From an uncultured Chloroflexia bacterium (GTDB lineage: Bacteria > Chloroflexota > Limnocylindria > Limnocylindrales > CSP1-4): a DNA stretch of 64,000 nucleotides. Under the pieces are notes generated by a model. That model saw nothing but the letters and a program-made list of their open reading frames with translations. It was not told where the DNA came from and did no database searches. Positions 19,823 through 31,545 of this stretch are shown one piece after another. A program made the position numbers and the translations under genes. The DNA lies in contig CAVYIM010000005.1 of the NCBI GenBank assembly GCA_963768655.1, forward strand, positions 288,001-352,000, read 5' to 3'. Within the stretch, counting starts at the first letter, position 1. Each line of letters begins with the position of its first letter.

Positions 19823-20346
19823 CGTCCGGGTTCCTCGGCGCGACGCTCGGCGGCCAGCGCGGAGCGCAGGTGTTCGAGCGAATGATGAAGCCTCGACTTG
19901 ACCGTGCCTTCGGGCAGCCCGGTCTGCGCGGCGATCTGAGGCACTGTCAGGTCGCGACCGAAGCGGAGGCCGATGACGAGCTGCTCGTCCGCGGTGAGGC
20001 GCGCGATCGCCCGTCCGATCTCGTCACGGACGGCCAGCCGCTCGGGCGAATCTCCGATCGCCGAGCCGAACGGCGGCCGCGGCGTCTGCCGTCGACTGCG
20101 GCGCCGGAGCTCGTCCCGACAGACGTTCACCACGATCGTGTTGAACCAGCCCGTCGGGTTGTCCGCATGGCGAAGCTTCTTGCGGGCATCCCACGCAGCC
20201 AGAGCCGCTTCCTGGACGGCATCCTCCGCGGCGATCGGATCGCGCAGGATCCATGTCGCCAGCCGGTGCGCATCGGGTGTCCGCGAGACCAGCAGCTCGG
20301 CGATGTCATCGTCGTTGAGGGCCAGGACTGCGGCGTCTGCTAACAA
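19819..20346 (-). CDS. ECF RNA polymerase sigma factor
   Basis: AEDAVQEA, W...IVVN.CRD (region 2) and IA...GLPEGTVKSRL (region 4); TTG start after GAGGTGGAG. Confidence 0.92.
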   Translation of the reverse strand: MLADAAVLALNDDDIAELLVSRTPDAHRLATWILRDPIAAEDAVQEAALAAWDARKKLRHADNPTGWFNTIVVNVCRDELRRRSRRQTPRPPFGSAIGDSPERLAVRDEIGRAIARLTADEQLVIGLRFGRDLTVPQIAAQTGLPEGTVKSRLHHSLEHLRSALAAERRAEEPGR

Positions 20347-20513
20347 GTCTCCACCTCGGCGATCGATCCATCGCTGCACACCATCAACGAATTGGGCCGT
20401 CGCATCGTTCAATCTCGCAGATCGGGGAGCCTCGGTCGAGAGCGATTGCGACTGGGATTCTCGGCAGATGAGTTCCGCCACATGGAGACGGTCGCGCCGG
20501 TCGCGCCGCTCGA

Positions 20514-21482
20514 CTACGCCGCCCGGCGCGGCAAGCCGACCGCGTCGGTCCCGAACCACGTCCCCGACGCGCCCTTGACGATCGCCACCGCGTTCTCCAG
20601 GGCGCCGATCGCGGCGAAACGGCCGCCGCCCTGGACGAACTGGGCGCACGCCCGAACCTTGGGCGCCATCGAGCCGGCCGGCCACGCGCCCGCGGCAAGA
20701 CCTTCCATCGCCTCGTCGACGGAGAGGCGCAGGATCGCCTCCTGGCGCGGCGTGCCCCAGCGGCGATACACGGCGTCTACGTCGCTGAGGAGCAGCAGGC
20801 CGTCCGCCTCCACCGAGCGGGCGAGAACGACCGCGGCGAGGTCCTTGTCGATGACCGCCTCGACGCCGACGTACCGCCCGTCGGCCCCCTCCACGACGGG
20901 CACTCCGCCACCGCCCGACGCGACAACCAGCACGCCCGCCTCCACGAGAGTTCGGATCGCGCTCGCCTCTACGATCCGGATCGGCGGCGGCGAGGGAACC
21001 ACCCGACGCCAGCTCTTGCCGTCGGGGGCGATGCTCCAGCCGCGCGTTCGGGCGTGCTCGCGGGCCGTCTCCTCGTCGTAGATCGGGCCGACCGGCTTGG
21101 TGGGGTTGGCGAACGCAGGATCGTCGGCCGGGACGACTGTGCGGGTGACAACGACGGCGATCTCGCGCCGCCGGCCGCGCTCCAGGAACGCGTCGTTGAG
21201 GGCGTTGGCCAGCAGATAGCCGATCTGGCCCTGCGTTTCCGCGCCCAGGACGTCGAGCGGCGGCGCCGGGACCACGGAGGCGGCCATCTCCGCTCCGATT
21301 GCCAGGAAGCCGACCTGCGGGCCGTTGCCGTGGGTGATCACGATCTCGGCGCGACTGCCTTCGGCGAGCGTGACCAGACCCCGCGCCGCCGCCACGAGGT
21401 TGCGGCGCTGGACCTCGGTAGAGCCGGCTTCGCCTCGCCTGATCAGGGCATTGCCGCCCAGAGCGATGGCGAGGCGAGTCAC
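20514..21482 (-). CDS. arcC: Carbamate kinase
   Basis: ALGGNAL, THGNGPQVG, PTKPVGP, RRVVPSP, GGGGVPV, VIDKD and GSMAPK. Confidence 0.96.
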   Translation of the reverse strand: MTRLAIALGGNALIRRGEAGSTEVQRRNLVAAARGLVTLAEGSRAEIVITHGNGPQVGFLAIGAEMAASVVPAPPLDVLGAETQGQIGYLLANALNDAFLERGRRREIAVVVTRTVVPADDPAFANPTKPVGPIYDEETAREHARTRGWSIAPDGKSWRRVVPSPPPIRIVEASAIRTLVEAGVLVVASGGGGVPVVEGADGRYVGVEAVIDKDLAAVVLARSVEADGLLLLSDVDAVYRRWGTPRQEAILRLSVDEAMEGLAAGAWPAGSMAPKVRACAQFVQGGGRFAAIGALENAVAIVKGASGTWFGTDAVGLPRRAA

Positions 21483-21531
21483 CGAAGTTGCCCGCACCGA
21501 GGGGCGAAGTCCGAGGCGACGCCCACGATCT

Positions 21532-22473
21532 TCATGCCAGGCGCTCCCCCGATTCGTCGCCGGTGATGAGCAGGTACAGCAGCGCCTGCTCGGTGTACCA
21601 GCGGTCCTCGGCCTCGTCCCAGACGCGCGACTGCGGTCCGTCCATCACCTCGTCGGTGACTTCGTCGCCGCGGTGCGCCGGCAGGCAGTGCAGGAAGATC
21701 GCCCGCGGCGCGGCAAGCGCCATGAGAGCGCCGTCCACGCAGTACCCGGCGAAGGCGCGAGCCCGCTCTTCGCGTTCCTTTTCCTGGCCCATGCTGGCCC
21801 AGACGTCCGTGTAGACGGCGTCGGCGCCACGTACGGCTGCCCGGACATCGTGGCCCAGCTCGATGCCGCCGCCGTTGACGCGGCAGTTGGCCTGCGCCGC
21901 GGCGACGATCTCAGGTTTGGGCTCGTAGCCGGGCGGCGTGGAAATGGCGAGGGTGAAGCCCATGTGGCCGGCCGCCTGGATCAGCGAGTGGCAGACGTTG
22001 TTGCCGTCGCCGATGAAAGCCAGGCGGACGCCAGCGAGCGACCCGAACTCGTCCTCGATGGTCATCACGTCGGCCAGGGCCTGGCAGGGATGGTGGTCGT
22101 CGGTCAGGGCGTTGACGATCGGGATAGTGGCGTGGCGGGCCAGCTCTTCGACCCTGGCCTGCTCGAAGGTTCGGATCACGAAGGCGGACAGGTAGCGCGA
22201 CAGGACGCGCGCCGTGTCGGCGATCGTCTCGCCGCGGCCGATCTGAAGCTCGTCCGAGCGAAGGGCGATCGGCAGCATGCCGAGGCCCCATATGGCCGCC
22301 TCGAAGCTGACGCGGGTCCGCGTCGACGGCTTGTCGAAGAGGAGGCCGACGCGGCCCCCGGCCAGGGCGTCGCGGGTCATGCCCCCGCGGCTCTTGATGC
22401 GGGCGGCCAGGTCGAGGGTGTGGCGGATCCCATCCCGCCCCAGGGAATCCAGAGTCAGCAGGTGCCGGGTCAT
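21532..22473 (-). CDS. argF: Ornithine carbamoyltransferase
   Basis: STRTR, HPCQ, YTDVWASMG and HCLPAHRG motifs. Confidence 0.96.
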   Translation of the reverse strand: MTRHLLTLDSLGRDGIRHTLDLAARIKSRGGMTRDALAGGRVGLLFDKPSTRTRVSFEAAIWGLGMLPIALRSDELQIGRGETIADTARVLSRYLSAFVIRTFEQARVEELARHATIPIVNALTDDHHPCQALADVMTIEDEFGSLAGVRLAFIGDGNNVCHSLIQAAGHMGFTLAISTPPGYEPKPEIVAAAQANCRVNGGGIELGHDVRAAVRGADAVYTDVWASMGQEKEREERARAFAGYCVDGALMALAAPRAIFLHCLPAHRGDEVTDEVMDGPQSRVWDEAEDRWYTEQALLYLLITGDESGERLA

Positions 22474-22486
22474 CGGAGTGCCTCCC

Positions 22487-23860
22487 TCAGCGATGAGCCG
22501 CCGGCGTCGAGCCGGCGCGAGCCTTCTCCACGATACCGCGCAGGAGGTCGATCAGCTTTGGCTGGGCCGCCTGCCCGGGCTCGGCCGTCATCTCTTCGAG
22601 CTCATAGCCAACCCGCACGACCGGCTTCGTCAGCTTGAGGACGCGGGTCAGGTCGATCGGCGTGGCCGAGAGGACCAGGTCGGCCGGCATGGCGTTCAGC
22701 GTCGTCTCCAGCTCGTGCATCTGGCCCTGACCGTAGCCCATCGCGGGGATTAGATGCTCGAGGGCCGGATACTTGTGGAGCGTCGCGGCGAGCTCACCCA
22801 TGGCGTACGGGACCGGATCGACGAGCTCGGCCGCGCCGAAGCGCCGCGCGGCCACGACTCCCGCCCCGAAGGTCATGCCGCCGTGAGTGAGCGTCGGGCC
22901 GTCCTCGACGACCGCCACCTTCTTACCCTTGATCTCGCCGCCCTGGAGCGTCAGCGCCGACCGCGCCAGGATCACCTTTGCGCGCGGATTCATCTCCGCG
23001 ACGTCGGCCTTCACTTCGGCGACCTGCTCTTTGGAGGCTGAGTCGACCTTGTTGATGACGACCACGTCGGCCAGGCGGATGTTCGTCTCGCCGGGGTGGT
23101 AGTGAAGCTCGTGGCCGGCCCGCAGCGGATCGGCGACCACTACGAACAGGTCCGGCTTGAAGAACGGGAAGTCGTTGTTGCCGCCGTCCCACATGACGAC
23201 GTCGGCCTCGGCTTCGGCCTGGCGCAGGATCGCCTCGTAGTCGACGCCGGCGTAGAGGACGCGGCCGGCATCCAGGTGCGGCTCGTACTCTTCGCGCTCC
23301 TCGATCGTAGTGTCGTAGCGGTCCAGGTCGGCGTAGGTGGCGTAGCGCTGGACGCGCTGGGCGAGGAGATCGCCGTACGGCATCGGGTGGCGAGCGACGA
23401 CGACACGCAATCCCAGCTTCTCGAGGAGAGCGGCGATGTAGCGCGTGGTCTGGCTCTTGCCGGCGCCGGTGCGAGTCGCGCCAGTGGCGACCACCGGCTT
23501 CGCGCTCACGAGCATCGTCCGCGCCGGACCGAGCAACTCGAAGTCGGCACCGGCGGCGAGGGCCCGACTGGCCATGTGCATGACGTGCTCGTGGGTGACG
23601 TCGCTGTAGGCGAAGACCACGAGGTCGACCGACTTCTCGGCAAGCACGCGCTCCAGGTCCGCCTCGGCGACGATCGGGATGCCGCTCGGATACAGCGGCC
23701 CCGCCAGCTCCGGCGGGTAGTTGCGTCCGGCGATCCCGGGAATCTGGGTCGCGGCCGTAAACGCCACGACCTCGACGCTCGGGTCGTTACGATAGGCAGT
23801 GTTGAAGTCGTGGAAGTCGCGACCAGCGGCTCCCATGATCACAACTCGGGTGCGATCCAT
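22487..23860 (-). CDS. arcE: COG2403 P-loop protein, arginine synthetase (ArcE) / cyclic 2,3-DPG synthetase-like
   Basis: MGAAGRDFH, TQIP.I.GR.YPPELAG, RTGAGKSQT, RHPMPYG, EEREEYEP, WDGGNND and EDGPTLTHG; clustered with OTC and CK. Confidence 0.85.
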   Translation of the reverse strand: MDRTRVVIMGAAGRDFHDFNTAYRNDPSVEVVAFTAATQIPGIAGRNYPPELAGPLYPSGIPIVAEADLERVLAEKSVDLVVFAYSDVTHEHVMHMASRALAAGADFELLGPARTMLVSAKPVVATGATRTGAGKSQTTRYIAALLEKLGLRVVVARHPMPYGDLLAQRVQRYATYADLDRYDTTIEEREEYEPHLDAGRVLYAGVDYEAILRQAEAEADVVMWDGGNNDFPFFKPDLFVVVADPLRAGHELHYHPGETNIRLADVVVINKVDSASKEQVAEVKADVAEMNPRAKVILARSALTLQGGEIKGKKVAVVEDGPTLTHGGMTFGAGVVAARRFGAAELVDPVPYAMGELAATLHKYPALEHLIPAMGYGQGQMHELETTLNAMPADLVLSATPIDLTRVLKLTKPVVRVGYELEEMTAEPGQAAQPKLIDLLRGIVEKARAGSTPAAHR

Positions 23861-24144
23861 GGTCTTCCGGCCCTTCCGCAGTCGCGCCGTAGGGCAATCC
23901 CCGGCAGCGAACCTGGAGCTGACGAGCCGGTTCCGCTTCTGGTCCAGCGGTCGTCCAGCAACAGGTAGTGTCTCCGGCGCGGCGTCCGCGCGCAAGACCC
24001 GAGTCGCCCGGTCGTGCGACAGCCCATCAGGCGGGCCTGCGGGCGGGGCGCCGGAGTCTGCGGGCGGGTCGCAGCGCCTGCGGGCGCGTGGCCGGAGCCG
24101 CGAGCGGGTCGCCGGGGCCGCGGGCCGTCGCCGGGGCAGCGCGC

Positions 24145-25161
24145 CTACTCGGTCGAAGTCGCCTCCAGCATCACCGGACCGGCCGTCCGCCCACCCACGC
24201 CGGGCCGGGCCGGCAGGTCGGTCCGCCGGATCTGGCCGAACCCGGCGCGGCCGAGAAGCTCCTCGATCCAGCCGACGGTCGGAGCCCTCCAGGCCGGATC
24301 TGCGAGGGTCCGCACGAGTGCCCAGGCACGGCGCGACCGATCCGCCGAGGCCTCATCCGGTAGCAATTCGTCGACGATGACGAACCGGCCGCCCGGCCGT
24401 AGCGTTTCACGGATTCTGCGGAACAGCGCCTCCGAGAAGACCGCGACGTCGCATTCCAGTACGGCGTCGAAACCGCCGGGCAGGGGATCGCGCAGGAAGT
24501 CAGCGCCCTGGAACAGGATGCGGTCGTCGACTCCCTCAGCCGCCGCGATCTCCCGGCCGGCAGCGCAGACGGTGGCGATGTCGACGATGGTGACTTCGAG
24601 CTTCGGCCAGCGTTTCGCCAGGGCAATCGCGACCACGCCCGACCCGCCGCCGAGGTCCATCAGGCGCCGTGTGCCGCCCAGGTCCAGCGCCGCGGCGACG
24701 TCAGCGGCCAGCGGCTGGTGGATCTCGTAGAGCATCCGCGTGAAGCGGCGCGCCCGTTCTGGATCGGCCGCCATCTGTTCCACGTAGCCGGCCGTTCCGA
24801 CCCATTTCTCGCCCGGTGCGGCCCGCAGAGCGCCGGGAAGATCCACGACGGCGGCCAGTCGCTCCCTCGCCTCTTGCGCCAGCAAAGCCCACGTGCCCGC
24901 CGTGTACCCGCCCAGGATCGACGCGCGGGCCGCTTGCGTGGGCCGCCAGCGGGAGCCCAACTCCTCGACCACGCCGATCGCCTCGAGGACACGGAGCCAG
25001 GCTTCACAGCGTCCGGGACAGATTCCGAGGCCGCGACCGACGCTTGCCGTGTCCGCCGGCTCGGCTTCGAGCGTCGGGATGAGCCCGAGCTCCAGCGCCG
25101 CGCCCAGCGCGGCGCCCTCGACCGGTCGGTCCAGCAGGGCGATGAACTCGTCAGCCGACAT
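24145..25161 (-). CDS. SAM-dependent O-methyltransferase (dimerisation + Methyltransf_2)
   Basis: ALELGL dimerisation helix, MDLGGGSG motif I, ADFLRDPLP and LRPGG. Confidence 0.88.
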   Translation of the reverse strand: MSADEFIALLDRPVEGAALGAALELGLIPTLEAEPADTASVGRGLGICPGRCEAWLRVLEAIGVVEELGSRWRPTQAARASILGGYTAGTWALLAQEARERLAAVVDLPGALRAAPGEKWVGTAGYVEQMAADPERARRFTRMLYEIHQPLAADVAAALDLGGTRRLMDLGGGSGVVAIALAKRWPKLEVTIVDIATVCAAGREIAAAEGVDDRILFQGADFLRDPLPGGFDAVLECDVAVFSEALFRRIRETLRPGGRFVIVDELLPDEASADRSRRAWALVRTLADPAWRAPTVGWIEELLGRAGFGQIRRTDLPARPGVGGRTAGPVMLEATSTE

Positions 25162-25220
25162 GAACACACCTCCCCGGCTACATCCTACGCTGCATGCGAC
25201 GGGTCCCTCCCGACGGGCCG

Positions 25221-26483
25221 TCAGGTCAGGTACTGGAACATGCCGAAGAGGCCGGCGAGCAGAAGTGCGGCGGTCAGCAGCCACAGGACCGCGCTGTGGA
25301 GCCCGGAGTTCGCCAGCTCGCCCAATAGCCTGCGGTCGCTGGTCAGCCGAACCAGGAAGGCGAGCGGCAGCGCCAGCACGACTACGTTGAAGACCATCGC
25401 ACCCACGCACAGCCGCACCAGGTCGGCGGAGAAGAGCGCCACGGCGGCGGCCGGGAGCACCTCGGCGAAGTAGACGGCGTAGAACTTGCGAGCCTCATTG
25501 GGTTTTAGGTTGAGGCTGTGGGGCCAGCCCATCAGCTCCCCGATCCCCCACGCCGCCGAGAGCGAAACCACCACGAGCGCGAGCAAGCCCGAGCCCATCA
25601 GGCCGATGGCGATGAGCCAGCCCGTCCCGCCCGTCGCCAGGCGAGCCAGCCCTTCGGGCAGCGCAGAAAGGCTCGCCGAGGCAGCGGCCGCCGGCGCAGA
25701 CTCCATCGCCGTCGCGGCCGCGATAACGATGGCCGCCATCAACGCCTGACTGGCGATGGCGCCGACCAGCGTCTCGATCCGCGAGCCGCCCAAGTCTTCG
25801 CGGGTCAGGCGCTTGTCGACGCTGGCGGACTGCTGGTAGAAGAGCATCCACGGCATGATCGAAGCGCCAACGATGGCCACCACCAGGGCGAAATAGTCGT
25901 GCGGCGCGTTGCTCGGGATCGGGCTCAGGTCCGAGACGAGATGAGCCAGGTTCGGGTGTCCGACAACCGCCAGTACCACGAAGCTGAACAGCGCCAGCGA
26001 CAGCACCAGCGCACCGCGTTCGAAGACCGAGTAGCCGCCGGTCAGGACCGCGCCGGCGTGCAGAGCCAGCGCCCCGATTATGGCCACCGGCGCGGGAATG
26101 CCGAGGATCGCCGCGCCCAGAGCGATGCCGGCGAACTCCGCCACGTAGGCAACGAAGTTGATGACGGCCATGCCGGCGACCGAGACGGCCGCCCAGCCCG
26201 GCCCGTATCGCGCCCGGACCAGCTCCGCGTGGCCCTTGCCGGTGGCCAGTGCCAGCCGGGCAGTCATCTCCTGCACCAGGAAGAGGATCGGCACGATGAC
26301 GAAGATGGGGAGCACGAGAGCGTAGCCGGAGACCGTCCCGCCCTGGCCCGCGGTCACGACGCTGGGAGCGTCCACGTCGGCGAGCATCACCACCCAGGCC
26401 GGCCCCACGACCCGCAGCCAGCGCGCCAGCGCCGGGGAGCGGATCGCTCCGGCCATGGAGCGGATGCCGCCGATGACAGTCAC
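25221..26483 (-). CDS. NRAMP-related divalent metal cation transporter
   Basis: GPAWVVMLADVDA, QEMTARL..ATGKG, AEFAG and GASIMPWMLFYQQS; about 11 TM helices. Confidence 0.9.
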   Translation of the reverse strand: MTVIGGIRSMAGAIRSPALARWLRVVGPAWVVMLADVDAPSVVTAGQGGTVSGYALVLPIFVIVPILFLVQEMTARLALATGKGHAELVRARYGPGWAAVSVAGMAVINFVAYVAEFAGIALGAAILGIPAPVAIIGALALHAGAVLTGGYSVFERGALVLSLALFSFVVLAVVGHPNLAHLVSDLSPIPSNAPHDYFALVVAIVGASIMPWMLFYQQSASVDKRLTREDLGGSRIETLVGAIASQALMAAIVIAAATAMESAPAAAASASLSALPEGLARLATGGTGWLIAIGLMGSGLLALVVVSLSAAWGIGELMGWPHSLNLKPNEARKFYAVYFAEVLPAAAVALFSADLVRLCVGAMVFNVVVLALPLAFLVRLTSDRRLLGELANSGLHSAVLWLLTAALLLAGLFGMFQYLT

Positions 26484-26554
26484 GCCTATATCCTAGCTGA
26501 TAGCTAGGCTTTCCCGGCGGCCATTCCGACCGTGAACGCGGACCGCCCGGAACC

Positions 26555-26640
26555 TCTGGCCCAGACCTCGTGGTCCTGGCGACGAGCCCGCTTCGCGGGA
26601 GCGGACGCGCCCCGGCCATGACTCGGGGCATCTGGTCAGA
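26555..26640 (-). ncRNA. Candidate metal-sensing riboswitch-like four-way junction (NiCo/czcD-like ends)
   Basis: P1 UCUG-AC-CAGA/UCUG-GGC-CAGA encloses three hairpins (GCCCCG/CGGGGC, CCGCU/AGCGG, CUCGU/ACGAG) in the 5' UTR of the NRAMP gene. Confidence 0.4.
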
Positions 26641-26898
26641 CTTGCCCCACATGAAAGTTGCCGCGGATGGACGGCCGACGGCGGCCCCGACGCGGTCCCC
26701 GCCCGGTCATTGCCCGCTCATCGAGCCCCCGCCCGAGCGTGAATCCCGCGCCCGGGCGGTCTCCCGGCACCCCACCGCGCGCTGGCGAGCCGCGATCAGA
26801 TGGCCAACTCTCACTCCAGGCAAGTTGGACCGGAAGGCATGCGGGCCGGCCGCGGCATCCGGCCGCGACTACTCCGTGTCCCCCGCGACCCGCCGCGA

Positions 26899-28746
<1,848 letters not shown>

Positions 28747-28788
28747 TCAGGTAAGGAGCAGGCTGCTGTCGAAGTGATTCCTTTTCAC
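28747..28788 (-). CDS. Leucine attenuator leader peptide MKRNHFDSSLLLT
   Basis: GTG start, three tandem Leu codons CTG CTC CTT, TGA, then a hairpin and terminator before leuA. Confidence 0.75.
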   Translation of the reverse strand: MKRNHFDSSLLLT

Positions 28789-28911
28789 GGTGCCGCACAG
28801 TGTAGCCCGTGGCGGCGGATTCGGTAACCACCAATTGCATGAGAAGCAGTTAGTGGACCTGCAGGCCCGCATCCGGCGAACCAATCGACCTGTGCCGGAC
28901 GTCTCGACGGC

Positions 28912-29946
28912 ATGAGAAACCCGACCGGCCGCGGCCATCGCCCCTCGCGCGGCCGATGGCGCCCCTCGCGCTGGGATCTGCTGGCCGTGCTTCCGATCGC
29001 GCTGGTCGCGTTCGCCGTGGTTGCGTTCGTCCATCCGCCCCAGTCCGGGCCGCTTGCGCTGGCGCTGATGCTGGAAGCGGACCTCTTCATCGCCGTGTTC
29101 GTGATCCTCGCTCCAATCGCGCTGCTGGCACGGGCGCGAGTCCTGGGAGCGGCCCTCCTGATCGTCTTCATCGGCGGCGGCGGACTCTTCGGCTCGGAGT
29201 GGATTTCGCTGCCGGCGAGCGGCGCCGCCCGCCACGACTTCTCGGCCATGAATTGGAACCTGGAATACGGAGAACGCACGCCCGCCGCGGCGGCGGCCCA
29301 GCTCGAGCACGTCACCGTCGACCTGATCGCGTTGCAGGAGCTCGAGCCCGACGCCGCGGCCGCAATCGAGGCCAACCTGACGATCACCGTCGGGTATCCG
29401 TACCGAGCGATGGTCCCGCGCTGGGGTGCCGGCGGACTCGGTGTCCTCAGCCGCTATCCCATCGAGAGCGTGAGCTCGTCCGAGGACCCACCTTGCCTCG
29501 AGCTGACCGTGGACACTCCCCGCGGGAAGGTTCAGGTCATCGATGCCCACCCGACGCACGGTGAGATCGACAAGGCCACGCGGTTACGCCTCCCGATCGA
29601 CTTCAACGCGTCGGATCGAAGAGCGGCCATCGCGACGCTTCGCAAGCGCATCGACCCCGTGCTCGCCAGCGGCCAGCGGCTCCTCGTCCTCGGCGACTTC
29701 AACACCGCCCCGTCCGACCCTGAGAACCGAATCCTCACGAACGGGCTGCGCGATACCCATGTCGAAGTCGGAGAAGGGCCGGGCTGGACGTGGCGGCCCC
29801 GCCGTCTTGCCTTCCTCCCGGTCGCGTTCGTACGGATTGACCGACAGCTGACGGCCGGTCCGATCCTGCCGTCTTCGACCTGGGTCGATTGCTCGCTTCC
29901 GGGCGACCACTGCCGCCTATTCGGCACCTACGAGATCGACGGCTGA
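28912..29946 (+). CDS. Endonuclease/exonuclease/phosphatase (EEP) family membrane protein
   Basis: N-terminal TMs; WNL, LIALQE, VLSRYPI, GDFN, RID and GDH motifs. Confidence 0.9.
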   Translation: MRNPTGRGHRPSRGRWRPSRWDLLAVLPIALVAFAVVAFVHPPQSGPLALALMLEADLFIAVFVILAPIALLARARVLGAALLIVFIGGGGLFGSEWISLPASGAARHDFSAMNWNLEYGERTPAAAAAQLEHVTVDLIALQELEPDAAAAIEANLTITVGYPYRAMVPRWGAGGLGVLSRYPIESVSSSEDPPCLELTVDTPRGKVQVIDAHPTHGEIDKATRLRLPIDFNASDRRAAIATLRKRIDPVLASGQRLLVLGDFNTAPSDPENRILTNGLRDTHVEVGEGPGWTWRPRRLAFLPVAFVRIDRQLTAGPILPSSTWVDCSLPGDHCRLFGTYEIDG

Positions 29947-30347
29947 CGGGGCACCCCAGCCGGCGGGGCGCGGCGCGTGGTCGATCCTGGAGGGGAAATG
30001 GCTCCGACGGTCCGGCCCCGGGCGCCTGCTGAATTCGGCTCGCCCTTCCGCCGATATCTTGCTCCCCCAACTCGCTCGCTCGCGCGAATCGCTGGCAGCC
30101 GGGCGTCTGGAGTGCGCCACCTGTCACCAGATCGTCCCGCGTCGGTTCCCGGTTCAACGCAGCTGCGGGGACTGCCGGAAGGCCCGCAACCGCACCCGGA
30201 GCCGCGAGGCGGTGGCACGCAAGCGGCGGAATGCCCCCAAGCCGAATGAGACGTCGATCTGCTGGACGAGTCATGAGATGGTTGGTGAGGTGACGACGGA
30301 TCCGACCAGCCTGACTCCGGCACCAAATCGCTGCCCCTTGCTGGAGG

Positions 30348-30370
30348 TGCTACTATCGATGTGATATCAC
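30348..30370 (+). promoter_or_regulatory. Putative operator of SPFH operon
   Basis: Perfect palindrome GTGATATCAC (30361-30370) and related GTGCTAC just upstream of an operon encoding an Arc/RHH protein. Confidence 0.4.
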
Positions 30371-30389
30371 CAAGCTAGCGGAGAATGAC

Positions 30390-31277
30390 ATGATCCAGGA
30401 GCGGAAGGGCCCGGCACTCAATGGATTCCCGGTGCTGTTCGCGTTGCTCGTGGCCACAGTGGTGCCGTCCGGCGCAATCGTCTACAACGTCGCGAACATC
30501 GGCAGCCAGGTGGAGACCGGCCCCGTCTACCTCCAAATCGGGCTCGTCGTGTATGCCGTGCTCGTCGCCCTCGGATGGGCCGGCCTGACGGTGGTGAACC
30601 CCAACGAGGCGCGCGCGCTGGTGCTGTTCGGCCGCTACTCCGGGAGCCTCAAGCAGCAGGGCTTCTGGTGGGTCAACCCGTTCACCCGCCGTCGTCGCAT
30701 CTCGATCAAGGTGCGCAACTTCGAGAGCCAGAAGCTCAAGGTCAACGATCGCGACGGCAATCCGATCGAGATCGCCGCGGTCGTGGTGTGGCGCGTGGCC
30801 GACACCGCGGAGGCGCTCTTCGAGGTCGATGACTACGAGCAGTTCCTGAAGGTCCAGACGGAAGCGGCGATCCGCACGCTCACCACCTCCTACCCATACG
30901 AACCCCACCTCCAGGAGTTGTCGCTGCGCGGCAACCCCCACGAGGTCGGCGAGCAGCTGCAGGCGGAGGTGCAGGGTCGCCTCCAGAAGGCCGGCATCGA
31001 GGTGATGGACACCCGTATCAGTCACCTCGCCTATGCCCCCGAGATCGCCAACGCGATGCTGCGGCGTCAGCAGGCGAGCGCGGTCATCGATGCTCGGACC
31101 CGGATCGTCGAAGGTGCCGTGAGCATGGTCCAGATGGCACTCGACCAGCTCTCCGAGAAGCACATCGTCGACCTCGACGAGGAACGCAAAGCCACCATGG
31201 TCAGCAACCTCCTGGTCGTGCTCTGCAGCGAGCATGACGCGCAGCCGGTCGTGAACACGGGCACGCTGTACCAGTAG
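30390..31277 (+). CDS. SPFH/band 7 domain protein
   Basis: [40 protein letters not shown] and [10 protein letters not shown]. Confidence 0.93.
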   Translation: MIQERKGPALNGFPVLFALLVATVVPSGAIVYNVANIGSQVETGPVYLQIGLVVYAVLVALGWAGLTVVNPNEARALVLFGRYSGSLKQQGFWWVNPFTRRRRISIKVRNFESQKLKVNDRDGNPIEIAAVVVWRVADTAEALFEVDDYEQFLKVQTEAAIRTLTTSYPYEPHLQELSLRGNPHEVGEQLQAEVQGRLQKAGIEVMDTRISHLAYAPEIANAMLRRQQASAVIDARTRIVEGAVSMVQMALDQLSEKHIVDLDEERKATMVSNLLVVLCSEHDAQPVVNTGTLYQ

Positions 31278-31293
31278 CCGGCCGCGGAACGAG

Positions 31294-31545
31294 ATGATGG
31301 AACGCAAGTCGTTCCTGCTGCGGCTCGATCCGGCCACGATGGAGGCGCTGCGCGTTTGGGCGGGCGACGACCTGCGCAGCCTGAACGGGCAGATGGAGTT
31401 CCTGCTCCGGCGTGCGTTGCGGGACGCCGGCCGCGTTCCTGACGCTAAGAGGGCGCGCCCTACGAAGCCCGATAGCACAGAGCAAACAGACGCTGACTCG
31501 TCGGCCACGCGCGGACGTGCGGCGATTGCACCGGAGGACAGATGA
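31294..31545 (+). CDS. Arc-like ribbon-helix-helix DNA-binding protein
   Basis: [10 protein letters not shown]...[16 protein letters not shown], typical SPFH partner. Confidence 0.85.
   Translation: MMERKSFLLRLDPATMEALRVWAGDDLRSLNGQMEFLLRRALRDAGRVPDAKRARPTKPDSTEQTDADSSATRGRAAIAPEDR

Noticed and set aside
23865-24030. Possible guanidine or other riboswitch upstream of arcE
   Set aside because: Only a single weak GG-ACGA-CC hairpin; the paired ACGR hairpins or ykkC consensus are not present
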